NCBI GenBank assembly: GCA_947464785.1
Contig: CANHXZ010000001.1
Span: 705-64,704, forward strand
Reading direction: 5' to 3'
DNA: 64,000 bases
Source: Flavobacteriales bacterium
Lineage (GTDB): Bacteria > Bacteroidota > Bacteroidia > Flavobacteriales > Schleiferiaceae
Shown: in pieces, positions 1 through 9,077 of the stretch
Layout: each line of letters opens with the position of its first letter
Position numbering within the stretch: the stretch's first letter is position 1
Made by a program: the position numbers and the translations under genes
The notes under the pieces: model-generated
What the model was told of the DNA's origin: nothing
What the model saw: the letters and a program-made list of their open reading frames with translations, nothing else
Database searches by the model: none

Positions 1-528
1 AAGCATGGGCAAGGCCCACAACCAAGAAGGACCGGCGTCGAAAAACCAGGCCGTCAGGCCAGCAGGGAGGGCTGCAAGGAGCGCCAAGGCCGCACCCCAG
101 CGCCGGGTTGCGGGAAGCAGGAGGAATAGCAACCCAACGATTAGCGCTGCCCCCAAGAAATGCTGGGCCATGGAATGCTCGGCCCAAAAGAGGGCCCATT
201 GAATGGAGTCCGGCCATTCGTCTTGCGGCAACAGCGTCCAGCGGTACCGAAAGGGCAGATAGTACAGCGCAAATTGGCGCAAGGCCAGCGGCATCCACGA
301 GGCCAAAACGCCCCAAAGCGCCAAGCGCTCCAAACGTCGGCCCCAGAGCGCTGCGTCCATTTGATAGGAGAAGTGGTGAACCAAAAGCAGCACTACGGCC
401 AAGGCAGCAGCACCCAGTACCCACGCCACGGAAGGCAGTTGGATCCAGGCATTTGCATGCAATAAAGAGCCAACCACCAGAATGGTGCTCGCGGCAGCGG
501 ATAAAAGCAGTCGGTATCTGGGTTCCAT
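1..528 (-). CDS. hypothetical polytopic membrane protein, first 176 codons; the ORF continues past the left edge of the window
   Basis: Manual minus-strand translation from ATG at 528 gives MEPRYRLLLSAAASTILVVGSLLHANAWIQLPSVAWVLGAAALAVVLLLVHH... and stays open to position 1. It has several hydrophobic spans and GC3-rich codons. A TACCTTCG box lies 17 nt upstream (546-553). The overlapping plus-strand ORFs are Arg/Pro-rich antisense artefacts. Confidence 0.45.
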   Translation of the reverse strand, partial: MEPRYRLLLSAAASTILVVGSLLHANAWIQLPSVAWVLGAAALAVVLLLVHHFSYQMDAALWGRRLERLALWGVLASWMPLALRQFALYYLPFRYRWTLLPQDEWPDSIQWALFWAEHSMAQHFLGAALIVGLLFLLLPATRRWGAALALLAALPAGLTAWFFDAGPSWLWALPML

Positions 529-628
529 GAAACGCTATTTAGAAACGAAGGTACGGGGAAGGCGTTGCTCCGCCAATCCGTTGACGCAGGGATAACGCAC
601 GTTGGCTTTTTGGCGTATGCGGGGGGAA

Positions 629-660
629 TAAAAAAAGGCCCGCGGGGAATGCCGCGGGCC
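629..660 (-). terminator. intrinsic terminator downstream of infB
   Basis: On the minus strand: GGCCCGCGG-loop-CCGCGGGCC (637-645/652-660) followed by TTTTTTT (A-run 629-636 on plus). It lies 28 nt after the infB stop. Confidence 0.7.
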
Positions 661-687
661 TGAGCTCAATGAACGCAGTGCTGGGAA

Positions 688-3594
688 TTAATCCAGCGTA
701 CGTTGTACTTCTACTTCCTTAAACCCTTCGATGACGTCGCCCACCTTGATGTCGTTGAAGTTCTTGATGTTCAGACCGCAATCAAAACCTTTGGAGACTT
801 CGCGAACGTCGTCCTTGAAGCGCTTGAGCGAACCCAATTCACCGGTGTAGATGACCACGCCGTCGCGGATGATGCGCACGCGGGTGTTTCGGTTGATGGT
901 ACCGTCCATGACCATGCAGCCGGCAATGGTGCCCACTTTGCTGATTTTGAACGTCTCACGCACTTCAACGGTGCACGCAATCTCTTCCTTAACCTCCGGT
1001 GACAACATGCCGGACATCGCGTCGCGGATGTCGTTGATGGCGTCGTAAATGATGGAGTACAGGCGGATTTCGATTTCTTCCTTCTCGGCCAATTTGCGCG
1101 CGGTGGCAGACGGACGAACCTGGAAGCCCACGATGATGGCTTTGGAGGCGCTGGCCAACAAAACGTCGGACTCCGTCACCTGACCCACCGCTTTGTGGAT
1201 GATGTTGACCTGAATTTCCGGCGTAGAGAGGCGCTGCAGCGAATCGGACAAGGCCTCGATGGAACCGTCTACGTCGCCTTTCAAAATGATGTTCAACTCT
1301 TGGTAATCGCCCACCGCCAAACGACGGCCGATCTCTTCCAAGGTGAGGCTCTTCTGGGAACGCACGCTTTGTTCGCGGCTCAACTGCTGGCGACGCTGTG
1401 CAATTTGCTTGGCCTCGCGCTCGTCGTCCATGACGTTGAACGTGTCGCCCGCTTGCGGTGCGCCGTCCAAGCCCAAGATGGAAACAGGAGCCGAAGGTCC
1501 TGCCTCGTCCACTTTTTGGCCGCGCTCGTCCATCATTGCCCGAACCTTGCCGGAAAACTGACCCACCAGCATGTAGTCGCCTACGCGCAGGGTTCCGTTT
1601 TGAACCAACAACGTGGTCACGTAACCGCGTCCCTTGTCCAAGGATGCTTCGATCACCGTACCCTTGGCCATCCGATTGGGATTGGCCTTGAGGTCCAGCA
1701 ATTCTGCCTCCAGCAATACTTTGTCCAGCAATTCCTGAACGTTCAAACCGGTTTTGGCGGCAACGTCCATGGATTGAATTTTTCCACCCCAGTCTTCCAC
1801 CAGCAAGTTCATGCCGGCCAACTGCTCTTTGATTTTCTCAGGATTCGCTGCGGGGCGATCTACTTTGTTGATGGCGAATACGATGGGAACACCGGCCGCT
1901 TGGGCGTGGCTGATGGCTTCCTTCGTTTGGGGCATGACGGCGTCGTCCGCCGCTACCACAATAATGGCGATGTCCGTTACTTGGGCACCGCGAGCACGCA
2001 TGGCCGTAAAGGCCTCGTGGCCCGGCGTATCCAAGAACGTAATGTGCTGACCGCTTGGCAATTGTACGCTGTACGCGCCAATGTGCTGGGTGATTCCACC
2101 CGCCTCACCGGCGATGACGTTGGCCTTGCGGATGTAGTCCAAAAGCGAGGTTTTACCGTGGTCTACGTGGCCCATCACCGTAACGATTGGGGCGCGTGGC
2201 GACAAATCCTCTTCGGTATCCGTGTCTTCGGACAGCGACTCATTGACTTCTTCGTCCAAGAAATTCACCGAGAAACCAAATTCGTCGGCAACAATGGTCA
2301 AGGTCTCCTTGTCCAAACGCTGGTTCATGGTGACCATGATTCCCAACGACAGGCAGGCCGAAATGATGGCCGTCACGGGGACGTTCATCATGTTGGCGAC
2401 CTCCATCACGGTAACGTATTCCGTTACCTTCAATACTTTGTCTTCGGCAGAACGCAGCTGCAGTTCGTTCATCACCTGGTCCCTGCGGTCCGCACGCTTG
2501 TCCCGACGGATTTTGGAGCCCTTGGATTTGCGGCCGCCGGTCAGTTTCTCCAGCGTCTCGCGAATTTGCTTTTGGATTTGCTCGTCCGTCATCGCCGGCT
2601 TGGGCGCGGCGGGTTGCTTGTCCCGACGTCCGGGTCCTTGACGCTGACCTTGCTGTCCGCCTACCGAGGCAGCACCGGTAGTGGTGCGACCTGTTCCGGT
2701 AATGCCGGGGCCTCCTGCGGCACCGGTTTTGATGCGGGCGCGCTTGCCTTTTTCACCACCGGCTCCTGGCTTGGTGGCCTTGGGACGGTTGAACTGACTT
2801 AAATCAATGGTTTGTCCGGTCAATTTGGGACCGTCCAATTTTTGGTACTGCGTGGTGTGGTGAACAGATCCTGCTGCATCCGCTGCCGCTGCTGGCGCAA
2901 CAGGAGCCTCCGCTGCCGCAGGTGCGTCCGATGCTGGGGATCCTGCTGGTGTGCCTTCCGCCACCTCGGGTGCCGTGGGTGCCGCAGCCGCTGGCACTTC
3001 AGCGGCCGGAGCCGACTTGGGTGCTTTTGGCTTGGGGGTTAAATCTATTTTGCCCGTAAACTTGGGGCCGGCCAAAGAGGCGCGTCCGCGGATGACGTCG
3101 TCCTTGGGCGCTGCAGGAGCAGCGGCAACTTCAACCGCTTTGGGGGCTTCTTCCACGGGGGCAGCAGGCACTTCTGCCGCTGGTGCCTTGGCAGGAGCAG
3201 CCGCAGGTGCCGCAGGAGCAGCTTCAGAGGCGGGAGCTGCCGGAGCCGCCGGTGCTGGAGCAGCAGGAGCTGCGGCCGCTGGAGCCGCGGGCGCGGGCTC
3301 CGCCGCTGGCGCTGTTTCGGCAGGTGCTTTGGGCACCGCCGGAGCGGCAGCAGCCTGTTTCTCAGCCAACTGACTGGCCTTCTCCTCCCGCTTCTGCGAG
3401 ATGATGGACTCGGCCTGGTCTTTGTGGCTCTTGTCCGAAGCGAAGTTTCCAAGGAGCAGCGCATACTGCTCATCGGAGATCTTGGTATTCCGGTTCTTCT
3501 CGACCTCGTGGCCTTTAGACAACAGGAAATCCACGGCCGTATCCAGGCCGATGTTTAACTCGCTGAGGACTTTACTGATGCGAATGCTGCTCAT
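688..3594 (-). CDS. infB: translation initiation factor IF-2
   Basis: 968 aa. IF2 N-terminal motif [24 protein letters not shown]; GTPase motifs [24 protein letters not shown]. It sits directly after nusA. Confidence 0.97.
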   Translation of the reverse strand: MSSIRISKVLSELNIGLDTAVDFLLSKGHEVEKNRNTKISDEQYALLLGNFASDKSHKDQAESIISQKREEKASQLAEKQAAAAPAVPKAPAETAPAAEPAPAAPAAAAPAAPAPAAPAAPASEAAPAAPAAAPAKAPAAEVPAAPVEEAPKAVEVAAAPAAPKDDVIRGRASLAGPKFTGKIDLTPKPKAPKSAPAAEVPAAAAPTAPEVAEGTPAGSPASDAPAAAEAPVAPAAAADAAGSVHHTTQYQKLDGPKLTGQTIDLSQFNRPKATKPGAGGEKGKRARIKTGAAGGPGITGTGRTTTGAASVGGQQGQRQGPGRRDKQPAAPKPAMTDEQIQKQIRETLEKLTGGRKSKGSKIRRDKRADRRDQVMNELQLRSAEDKVLKVTEYVTVMEVANMMNVPVTAIISACLSLGIMVTMNQRLDKETLTIVADEFGFSVNFLDEEVNESLSEDTDTEEDLSPRAPIVTVMGHVDHGKTSLLDYIRKANVIAGEAGGITQHIGAYSVQLPSGQHITFLDTPGHEAFTAMRARGAQVTDIAIIVVAADDAVMPQTKEAISHAQAAGVPIVFAINKVDRPAANPEKIKEQLAGMNLLVEDWGGKIQSMDVAAKTGLNVQELLDKVLLEAELLDLKANPNRMAKGTVIEASLDKGRGYVTTLLVQNGTLRVGDYMLVGQFSGKVRAMMDERGQKVDEAGPSAPVSILGLDGAPQAGDTFNVMDDEREAKQIAQRRQQLSREQSVRSQKSLTLEEIGRRLAVGDYQELNIILKGDVDGSIEALSDSLQRLSTPEIQVNIIHKAVGQVTESDVLLASASKAIIVGFQVRPSATARKLAEKEEIEIRLYSIIYDAINDIRDAMSGMLSPEVKEEIACTVEVRETFKISKVGTIAGCMVMDGTINRNTRVRIIRDGVVIYTGELGSLKRFKDDVREVSKGFDCGLNIKNFNDIKVGDVIEGFKEVEVQRTLD
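2869..3354 (-). repeat. low-complexity Ala/Pro-rich linker coding region inside infB (aa 81-242)
   Basis: The translation is dominated by AAPA/APAA units ([40 protein letters not shown]...). The DNA is GCN/CCN repeats. Confidence 0.6.
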
Positions 3595-3603
3595 GCTGGG
3601 AAA

Positions 3604-4845
3604 TTAATCTTCAAATTCGGCTTGTAAGATGGCGCGCACTTCCTGAATCGTTTCCTCTTCCAAGTCGGTACGGTTCACCAAATCTTCCACGCTCATGTTG
3701 AGGACGTCGCGAGCCGTATCGCAGCCCACGGACTGCAACGCCTCGATCACCCACTCCTCGATTTCGTCGGTGAAATCCGTCAGGGCAACGTCTTCTTCTT
3801 GGGCTACATCGTCGCGGTACACGTCGATTTCATAACCCGTTAAACGGCTGGCCAACTTGATGTTGAAGCCGCTGCGGCCAATGGCCAAACTCACTTGGTC
3901 CGGCTTGAGGTACACCTCCACGCGGTTGGTGTCTTCGTGCACCACCATATTGGTGATTTTGGCGGGAGCCAAGGCACGTTGAATGAACAACTGCTGGTTG
4001 GTGGTGAAGTTGATCACGTCGATGTTCTCGCTGCGCAGTTCGCGGACGATGCCGTGAATGCGGGATCCCTTCATGCCCACGCAGGCACCTACTGGATCGA
4101 TGCGGTCGTCGTAGGATTCCACGGCAACTTTCGCTTTTTCGCCCGGGATGCGAACTACTTTGCGGACGGTGATGATGCCGTCGAACACTTCGGGGATTTC
4201 CGTTTCAAACAATTTCGCCAAGAACAATTCGTCCGTGCGGCTCAACAAAATGAACGGCTTGGTGCCTTTGATTTCCACCTTCTTGACCACGGCGCGAACG
4301 GTGTCTCCCTTGCGGAAGAAGTCCTTTTCCGGGATCATCTCGTTCTTGGGCAGAATCAACTCGTTCTGGTTGTCGTCGTAGATGATGATTTCGCGGTGGC
4401 GCACGTGGTGCACTTCACCGGAAATGATCTCGCCCTCCATGCCTTTGTAGCGCTTGTACAACTCCTCGGAGTCGTGCTCTTGAACGCGCAGCATGAGGGT
4501 TTGACGAAACGCCAAAACGAACCGACGACCCAATTGCTCGAGCTTGATCTCTTCCGAAACCTCCTCGCCCACTTCAAAGTCAGGCTCAATTTTCAACGCA
4601 AGGCTCAACGCGATTTGCGTGTTTTCATCTTCAACGGCATCGTCTTCTACAATGATGCGGTTGCGCCAGATTTCCAAATCGCCTTTGTCCGGATTGACAA
4701 TCACATCGAAGTTGTCGTCCGCTCCATACTTCTTTTTGAGTTGGGTACGGAAAGCGTCCTCGATGAACGACATCAAGGTTACGCGATCGATGTTCTTTTC
4801 TTCCTTGAACTCGCCGAAGGATTCAATAATGGCCAGGTGTTCCAT
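3604..4845 (-). CDS. nusA: transcription termination/antitermination factor NusA
   Basis: 413 aa. S1/KH-type sequence (ISGEVHHV..., ACVGMKGSRI, AIGRSGFNIKLASRLTG). Position between rimP and infB. Confidence 0.97.
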   Translation of the reverse strand: MEHLAIIESFGEFKEEKNIDRVTLMSFIEDAFRTQLKKKYGADDNFDVIVNPDKGDLEIWRNRIIVEDDAVEDENTQIALSLALKIEPDFEVGEEVSEEIKLEQLGRRFVLAFRQTLMLRVQEHDSEELYKRYKGMEGEIISGEVHHVRHREIIIYDDNQNELILPKNEMIPEKDFFRKGDTVRAVVKKVEIKGTKPFILLSRTDELFLAKLFETEIPEVFDGIITVRKVVRIPGEKAKVAVESYDDRIDPVGACVGMKGSRIHGIVRELRSENIDVINFTTNQQLFIQRALAPAKITNMVVHEDTNRVEVYLKPDQVSLAIGRSGFNIKLASRLTGYEIDVYRDDVAQEEDVALTDFTDEIEEWVIEALQSVGCDTARDVLNMSVEDLVNRTDLEEETIQEVRAILQAEFED

Positions 4846-4859
4846 GGTCCCTAGTGTGC

Positions 4860-5327
4860 TTAAAACTTGAATTCTAAAACCGTTTCTACTACTTCCGAAA
4901 GGGGCAGTGCAATGCGCTCCACCGCGTCCATTTTTCCTTTGCCGATGGTCTTGGGCACGCGAACTTCGCGCGTCAAAACCAACTGCTCCCCGTCGTATTC
5001 CGCCAGGGTTCCTTGCTCCACTCGCCCACCCTGCGCGGTCACTTTCACGGTGCGCCCAATGGCCTTGCGGTACTGGGATTCCACCTTGAACGGACTGAAC
5101 ATTCCGGGAGAGGATACTTCAATGCTGTACTGTTCTGAATCGTCGCCCAGTGCAGACTCCACCGCGCGGTTGATCATTTTCAACGATTGGATGGAAATGT
5201 GTCCAACTTCCAAATCTGTGTAGACCTGAATGCGCCCGTCCATGGAAAGATGTAAATCCACCAGAAAGGCGTTTTGGGAGGCCAAAGCCTCCGCAACAAT
5301 TGGTCGTAAGTCGTTGATTGTGAGCAT
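4860..5327 (-). CDS. rimP: ribosome maturation factor RimP
   Basis: 155 aa, ATG start. Conserved position immediately upstream of nusA. The sequence ...YSIEVSSPGMFSPFK... is typical of RimP. Confidence 0.9.
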   Translation of the reverse strand: MLTINDLRPIVAEALASQNAFLVDLHLSMDGRIQVYTDLEVGHISIQSLKMINRAVESALGDDSEQYSIEVSSPGMFSPFKVESQYRKAIGRTVKVTAQGGRVEQGTLAEYDGEQLVLTREVRVPKTIGKGKMDAVERIALPLSEVVETVLEFKF

Positions 5328-5331
5328 AAAT

Positions 5332-5340
5332 CAAAATGTA
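5332..5340 (-). promoter_or_regulatory. possible proximal -7-like box (TACATTTTG) 4 nt upstream of the rimP ATG
   Basis: Minus strand reads TACATTTTG-ATTT-ATG. The spacing matches the box+4 nt+start pattern seen elsewhere in the window, but the box is off consensus by one extra T. Confidence 0.3.
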
Positions 5341-5344
5341 TTAG

Positions 5345-5371
5345 AACAAAAGAGGGGACTGATGTCCCCTC
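5345..5371 (-). terminator. intrinsic terminator hairpin between can and rimP
   Basis: Minus strand: GAGGGGAC-AUCA-GUCCCCUC (perfect 8-bp stem) followed by UUUUGUU. It is 44 nt after the can stop and 17 nt before the rimP ATG. Confidence 0.65.
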
Positions 5372-5391
5372 CTCCGCCGCTTAATACGCTG

Positions 5392-5399
5392 CAAATATA
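5392..5399 (-). promoter_or_regulatory. TAnnTTTG box (TATATTTG) upstream of the terminator hairpin and rimP
   Basis: Exact match to the Bacteroidota -7 consensus, 64 nt upstream of the rimP ATG. The hairpin at 5345-5371 lies between the box and the gene. Confidence 0.35.
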
Positions 5400-5414
5400 T
5401 GGATTTTCCCGCAA

Positions 5415-6044
5415 TTACTCGTGGAATTCGTACAAAGGGTCAATGCGGGTGCCGGACGGCAAGTCGCAAACGGTTTTGATTAGGCCGTCGGACAAACCGT
5501 AAACCCAGCCGTGAAGATGAGGCGCTTGGCGTTCTTTCCACGCCTTTTGAACGATGCTGGTCTTGGCCAAATTCATGACTTGTTCCTGGACGTTCAACTC
5601 CACCATGCGATCCACCCGTGCATCCTCATCCGCAATGGCCTCCACTTCATCCGCGTGGAACCGGTGCACGTCCTTGATGTTGCGCAGCCATTTGTTGATG
5701 ATGCCGAAGGACTTGTTGGTCAAAGAAGCCTTGACGCCGCCGCATCCGTAGTGTCCGCACACAATGATGTGTTCCACTTTCAAATGGTGAACGGCATATT
5801 CCAACACGGTGAGCAAATTCAAATCCGTGTGCACCACCATGTTGGCAACGTTGCGGTGCACAAAAATTTCCCCAGGCTCCGTGCCGGTGATTTCGTTGGC
5901 CGGAACCCGGCTGTCCGAGCATCCGATCCAAAGGAATTTCGGGGTTTGGATGTTCTCCAAACGTTTGAAGAACTGAGGATCGTCGTCGGTGCGCTCTTTG
6001 GCCCAGGCCTTGTTGGCCATGAGGAGTTGGTCAATGGGTTTCAT
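5415..6044 (-). CDS. can: beta-class carbonic anhydrase (Can type)
   Basis: 209 aa. CSDSRVP and HYGCGG zinc-ligand motifs. Close colinear resemblance to E. coli Can (FLWIGCSDSRVPA...FVHRNVAN...HIIVCGHYGCGGV). Confidence 0.92.
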   Translation of the reverse strand: MKPIDQLLMANKAWAKERTDDDPQFFKRLENIQTPKFLWIGCSDSRVPANEITGTEPGEIFVHRNVANMVVHTDLNLLTVLEYAVHHLKVEHIIVCGHYGCGGVKASLTNKSFGIINKWLRNIKDVHRFHADEVEAIADEDARVDRMVELNVQEQVMNLAKTSIVQKAWKERQAPHLHGWVYGLSDGLIKTVCDLPSGTRIDPLYEFHE

Positions 6045-7588
6045 GCGGTTGGGTTTGAAGTCTGAAATTCGCTGTAGCGATCAAAGTCTTTGGATTGCAT
6101 TGGATTTTTCTTGCACGCCACGCGAACGTTGCGCAAGTGCGCATGGGCGCAGTAGTCCAGGATAACTTCCTCTACGTCGGGGTCCATGTAGTCTGCATGA
6201 GACAAGTCAATCAACAATTCGGAACCTCGGGGAATGGCTTCCAGAGCGCGTTTGATGCCTCCCTTATTGAGGAAGGAAACGTTGCGTCTGAGGCGAAAAA
6301 GCACTCGATTGTCTTCCCGAACCTCGGTGTAAGTGGCGTGAAAGGCGTTGTATGCAATAAACAATACGGATACCACCAGGCCCACCGCAATTCCCACCAG
6401 GAGGTCGGATAGTAAAATGGCGAGCACGGTGATGAGGAACGGAATCCACTGCCCTCGGCCACGCACGACGGCGGCGCGCAGAATGTTTGGGTGCGCCAAT
6501 TTGAACCCGGTGAAGATCAGAATGGCTGCCAAACTGGCTTTTGGAATGGCGTTGAGGAGGTCGCTCGCGAGCAAAACGGCCAGAGCCAAGACCACTCCGT
6601 GGAGGATGGTGCTTGCCTTGGATTGGGCCCCGCTCTGCGCGTTCACGCTGGAGCGAACCACCACGGAAGTCACGGGCAGACCCCCAATGAGCCCGGACAG
6701 AACGTTGCCGGCGCCTTGCGCCATCAACTCGCGGTTGGTGGGCGTTACGCGTTTGAGCGAGTCCAATTTGTCTGCTGCTTCGATGGACAACAAAGACTCC
6801 AAGCTCGCCACCAAGGCAAGTGTAATGGCCACGGTCCACACCAACTTCTGCTGGATTCCGCTCCAGTCCGGCGTGATCCAAGAGTTGAATCCGTCGCCCA
6901 GCTCCACCCGATGGACTGCGGTAAGCACCCAATCCGGACCCAACCCCTCCAGCAGGAAGGAAAGTCCGATGCCGGCGAGTACGGCAACGAGGGCCGCCGG
7001 GAAAATTCGACCCACCGATGTTTTGGCCCATCCTATTTTATCCGCCAGAACCAGGAGGAGCAGCGAAAGGGCGCCGACGGCCGCGGCGGCGGGCGTAATG
7101 CGCCAGAGTGCGTGGTACAATCCGGTAAAGGTGTTCTCGTGGGTGGGCTGCACAAAATTTTCGTCCCCCATGAAGTCCACGTCGTAGCCCACCAAGTGCG
7201 GGATTTGCTTCATGATCAAGATGATCCCGATGGCCGCCATCATGCCTTTAATCACGGTGTTGGGAACGTAGTGCCCGACGGTTCCCAATTTGGCCAAGCC
7301 AAAGAGCAGTTGGAAAAGTCCCGCCAGCACGACCGCAGTAAGAAAGAGCGGAAACGATCCGAGGTCTGAAATCGCCATCAATACGATGGACGTCAGGCCC
7401 GCGGCAGGGCCGGAAACGCTGATGGGTGAGCCGCTGAGCGCGCCCACTACAACCCCACCCACAACGCCAGCGATGACGCCGGCCATGGGGGGAGCTCCGG
7501 ATCCCAGCGCAATGCCCAAACACAGGGGCAAGGCAACGAGAAAAACAACCACCGAAGCAGGTAAATCGTTCTGTAACAAAGATTTCAT
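6041..7588 (-). CDS. SulP-family anion (sulfate/bicarbonate) transporter with C-terminal STAS domain
   Basis: Start set at ATG 7588 (MKSLLQNDLPASVVVFLVALPLCLGIALGSGAP..., the typical SulP N-terminus). The 47 upstream codons of the track ORF are non-membrane, Arg-rich sequence. The stop overlaps the can start (ATGA). Confidence 0.9.
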   Translation of the reverse strand: MKSLLQNDLPASVVVFLVALPLCLGIALGSGAPPMAGVIAGVVGGVVVGALSGSPISVSGPAAGLTSIVLMAISDLGSFPLFLTAVVLAGLFQLLFGLAKLGTVGHYVPNTVIKGMMAAIGIILIMKQIPHLVGYDVDFMGDENFVQPTHENTFTGLYHALWRITPAAAAVGALSLLLLVLADKIGWAKTSVGRIFPAALVAVLAGIGLSFLLEGLGPDWVLTAVHRVELGDGFNSWITPDWSGIQQKLVWTVAITLALVASLESLLSIEAADKLDSLKRVTPTNRELMAQGAGNVLSGLIGGLPVTSVVVRSSVNAQSGAQSKASTILHGVVLALAVLLASDLLNAIPKASLAAILIFTGFKLAHPNILRAAVVRGRGQWIPFLITVLAILLSDLLVGIAVGLVVSVLFIAYNAFHATYTEVREDNRVLFRLRRNVSFLNKGGIKRALEAIPRGSELLIDLSHADYMDPDVEEVILDYCAHAHLRNVRVACKKNPMQSKDFDRYSEFQTSNPTA

Positions 7589-7676
7589 TCGGAGGATAAC
7601 AGGGGTTTGGTTGAAGATTGGTACCTTGCAAGATAGTAGATAGCCCCGAACGAACGGGCGCTGCAAACGTTTAAAA

Positions 7677-8738
7677 ATGCCCGAAAACGAAGAAATAGTA
7701 CCCGGAAACGAGGAAAGCGCTGAGCGCACCCCAGCTGCCGAGGGCAGCTCCGAACAAAAACCGGCCCGCGGTCGCGGACGTGCCTCCAGCCCGGCTAAAA
7801 CCAGCGATGGAGAAGTTCAAGATGCACAAGATCAAACTGTTGTAAGCGAAGATCGCCCCAAAAGGCCGTCCGGCCGGGGTCCTAAAAAGCCCGCCGCTGC
7901 GGAAGAAAACAGCGCGGATTCTCCGGCAAGCTCTGAAGAGCGCGCGGAGCGTATTGCTCCTGCCGCAGAATCCACCGACACCCCGGTTGAAGGGGACGGT
8001 GCTGCGTCGGAAGAAGTGCGTCCCAAGCGCAAAAAACGCAAAAAGAAGAAGCGTCCCGCGGGCGACGGCACCCCGGAATGGGAAGATATTGCCGGCGAAG
8101 ACGGAATGGATGCGGAGCGTCGTGGACCGCGTGGGTTGAATGATTTTTCGCGCCAGCGCGACGGTGCTCGGCCTGAGGGACGCGGTAACGACAACCGCAA
8201 CAACAACGGACGCAACGGCGACGGGCGCGGAAACGACAACCGCAACAACAACCGCAACGGCGACGGACGCAACAACGGTCGGAACAACAACGACCGGAAC
8301 GACCGCAACCAGAACAACCGTCGGGGTACGGACAACCGCCCCATCGGTGCACAGCCCAAAAAGAAGAAAGCCGGACTTTGGCCCGCGCTCGGCTTCGCCT
8401 TGCGCGGTGTAGCCCTGGGTTTTGCCCGAGAAGTGCACATCGCCATTCACTTTGCAGCAGCCCTTCTGGCGCTGGCAGCAGCGTGGTGGCTGAACATTCC
8501 CGCAGCAGAAACCGCCTTGGTGGTCTTGGCCATTGGTGGCGTACTGGCGGCTGAGTACCTGAATTCCGCGCTGGAGACCCTGGCCGATGTGGTGCACCCC
8601 CGTCCCAACGGAGGCATTGCCAAGGCCAAGGACATCGCTGCCGGCGGCGTGCTGTTGGCAACGTTAGCCGCTGTGGGCGTTGGTTTGCTGGTCTTTGGAC
8701 CGGCGTTCCTGGCCTGGGCGCAAGGACTTATGGGGTAA
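7677..8738 (+). CDS. DgkA-family (prokaryotic diacylglycerol/undecaprenol kinase) membrane domain fused to a 232-aa disordered basic N-terminal region
   Basis: C-terminal 121 aa: three hydrophobic helices and the AAEYLNSALETLADVV motif (E..N[ST]AIE..VD type). The N-terminus has no hydrophobic segments. It contains KRKKRKKKKR and RGNDNRNNNGRNGDG repeats, with no internal start between the two parts. Confidence 0.85.
   Translation: MPENEEIVPGNEESAERTPAAEGSSEQKPARGRGRASSPAKTSDGEVQDAQDQTVVSEDRPKRPSGRGPKKPAAAEENSADSPASSEERAERIAPAAESTDTPVEGDGAASEEVRPKRKKRKKKKRPAGDGTPEWEDIAGEDGMDAERRGPRGLNDFSRQRDGARPEGRGNDNRNNNGRNGDGRGNDNRNNNRNGDGRNNGRNNNDRNDRNQNNRRGTDNRPIGAQPKKKKAGLWPALGFALRGVALGFAREVHIAIHFAAALLALAAAWWLNIPAAETALVVLAIGGVLAAEYLNSALETLADVVHPRPNGGIAKAKDIAAGGVLLATLAAVGVGLLVFGPAFLAWAQGLMG
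8178..8339 (+). repeat. imperfect in-frame tandem repeat (about 42-45 nt units) encoding GRGNDNRNNN(G)RNGD units
   Basis: GACGCGGTAACGACAACCGCAACAACAACGGACGCAACGGCGAC / GGGCGCGGAAACGACAACCGCAACAACAACCGCAACGGCGAC, followed by degenerate copies. Confidence 0.6.
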
Positions 8739-8816
8739 CCCCCAGCCGCTCTAAGGAGTCGACGGATTTTCAGTTGCAATTGCCTAAGTGAAATTTTCAA
8801 ATTCCACGATAATCTG

Positions 8817-8824
8817 TATATTTG
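8817..8824 (+). promoter_or_regulatory. TAnnTTTG -7 box (TATATTTG) for tRNA-Gln
   Basis: Exact consensus 20 nt upstream of the mature tRNA 5' end. Confidence 0.5.
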
Positions 8825-8844
8825 CAACCCCGAATCGGGAAGAT

Positions 8845-8916
8845 TGCCCCATCGTCTAATTGGCAGGACAGCGGTTTTTGGTACCGTATGTCTAGGTTCG
8901 AGTCCTAGTGGGGCAA
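8845..8916 (+). tRNA. tRNA-Gln (anticodon UUG)
   Basis: Hand-folded cloverleaf. Acceptor TGCCCCA/TGGGGCA, D arm GTCT/GGAC, anticodon stem GCGGT/ACCGT with loop TTTTGGT (TTG at positions 34-36), T arm CTAGG-TTCGAGT-CCTAG, discriminator A. No CCA is encoded. Confidence 0.9.
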
Positions 8917-8924
8917 CTCTAATT

Positions 8925-8967
8925 AACCCTAACATTCTGTTTATCAGTTTGTTAGGGTTTTTTATTT
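8925..8967 (+). terminator. terminator-like hairpin after tRNA-Gln
   Basis: AACCCTAAC (8925-8933) pairs with GTTAGGGTT (8951-8959), followed by a T-run to 8967. The 17-nt loop is rather long. Confidence 0.55.
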
Positions 8968-9077
8968 GGGCTCGATGCACGCCCGGTATAATTCCATAAA
9001 TTGCTGCGTGATGAGCACCGAACCAGTCTTTACGGATGCGGAACATACGGACGTCGGACACCCAATGAAGGTCCGTG

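Noticed and set aside
1195-2802. 535-aa plus-strand ORF antisense to infB. Similar long antisense ORFs occur at 3895-4854, 21014-22600, 24562-25800, 35233-36624, 49489-51558, 53723-54949 and 58536-60344.
   Set aside because: Each lies opposite a highly conserved gene and has the biased Arg/Gly/Val/His composition expected of antisense frames in GC-rich DNA. None has a recognisable motif.
7589-7729. Upstream extensions of track ORFs for sulP, the S46 peptidase (29143-29403), pdxA (62225-62521), the thioesterase (43724-44083), DUF3050 (34095-34382), accB (60360-60416) and the aminotransferase (26820-26849)
   Set aside because: In every case family similarity or a signal peptide begins at an internal ATG. 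The extension overlaps a neighbouring gene or a promoter box, and its composition is atypical.
8178-8339. Possible CRISPR-like or minisatellite array
   Set aside because: The repeats are contiguous, in frame and coding (Asn/Arg/Gly units) with no spacers. No cas genes are present anywhere in the window.
7671-8661. Minus-strand ORFs (308, 259 and 204 aa) overlapping the DgkA-fusion gene
   Set aside because: They are low-complexity mirror images of the repeat region (Val/Ala/Arg runs). The plus-strand frame ends in a bona fide DgkA domain.
8739-9077. tRNA-Gln as an integration hotspot or genomic-island border
   Set aside because: There is no integrase, no direct repeat of the tRNA 3' end, and no compositional shift on either side. 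The flanking genes look like ordinary chromosomal genes.
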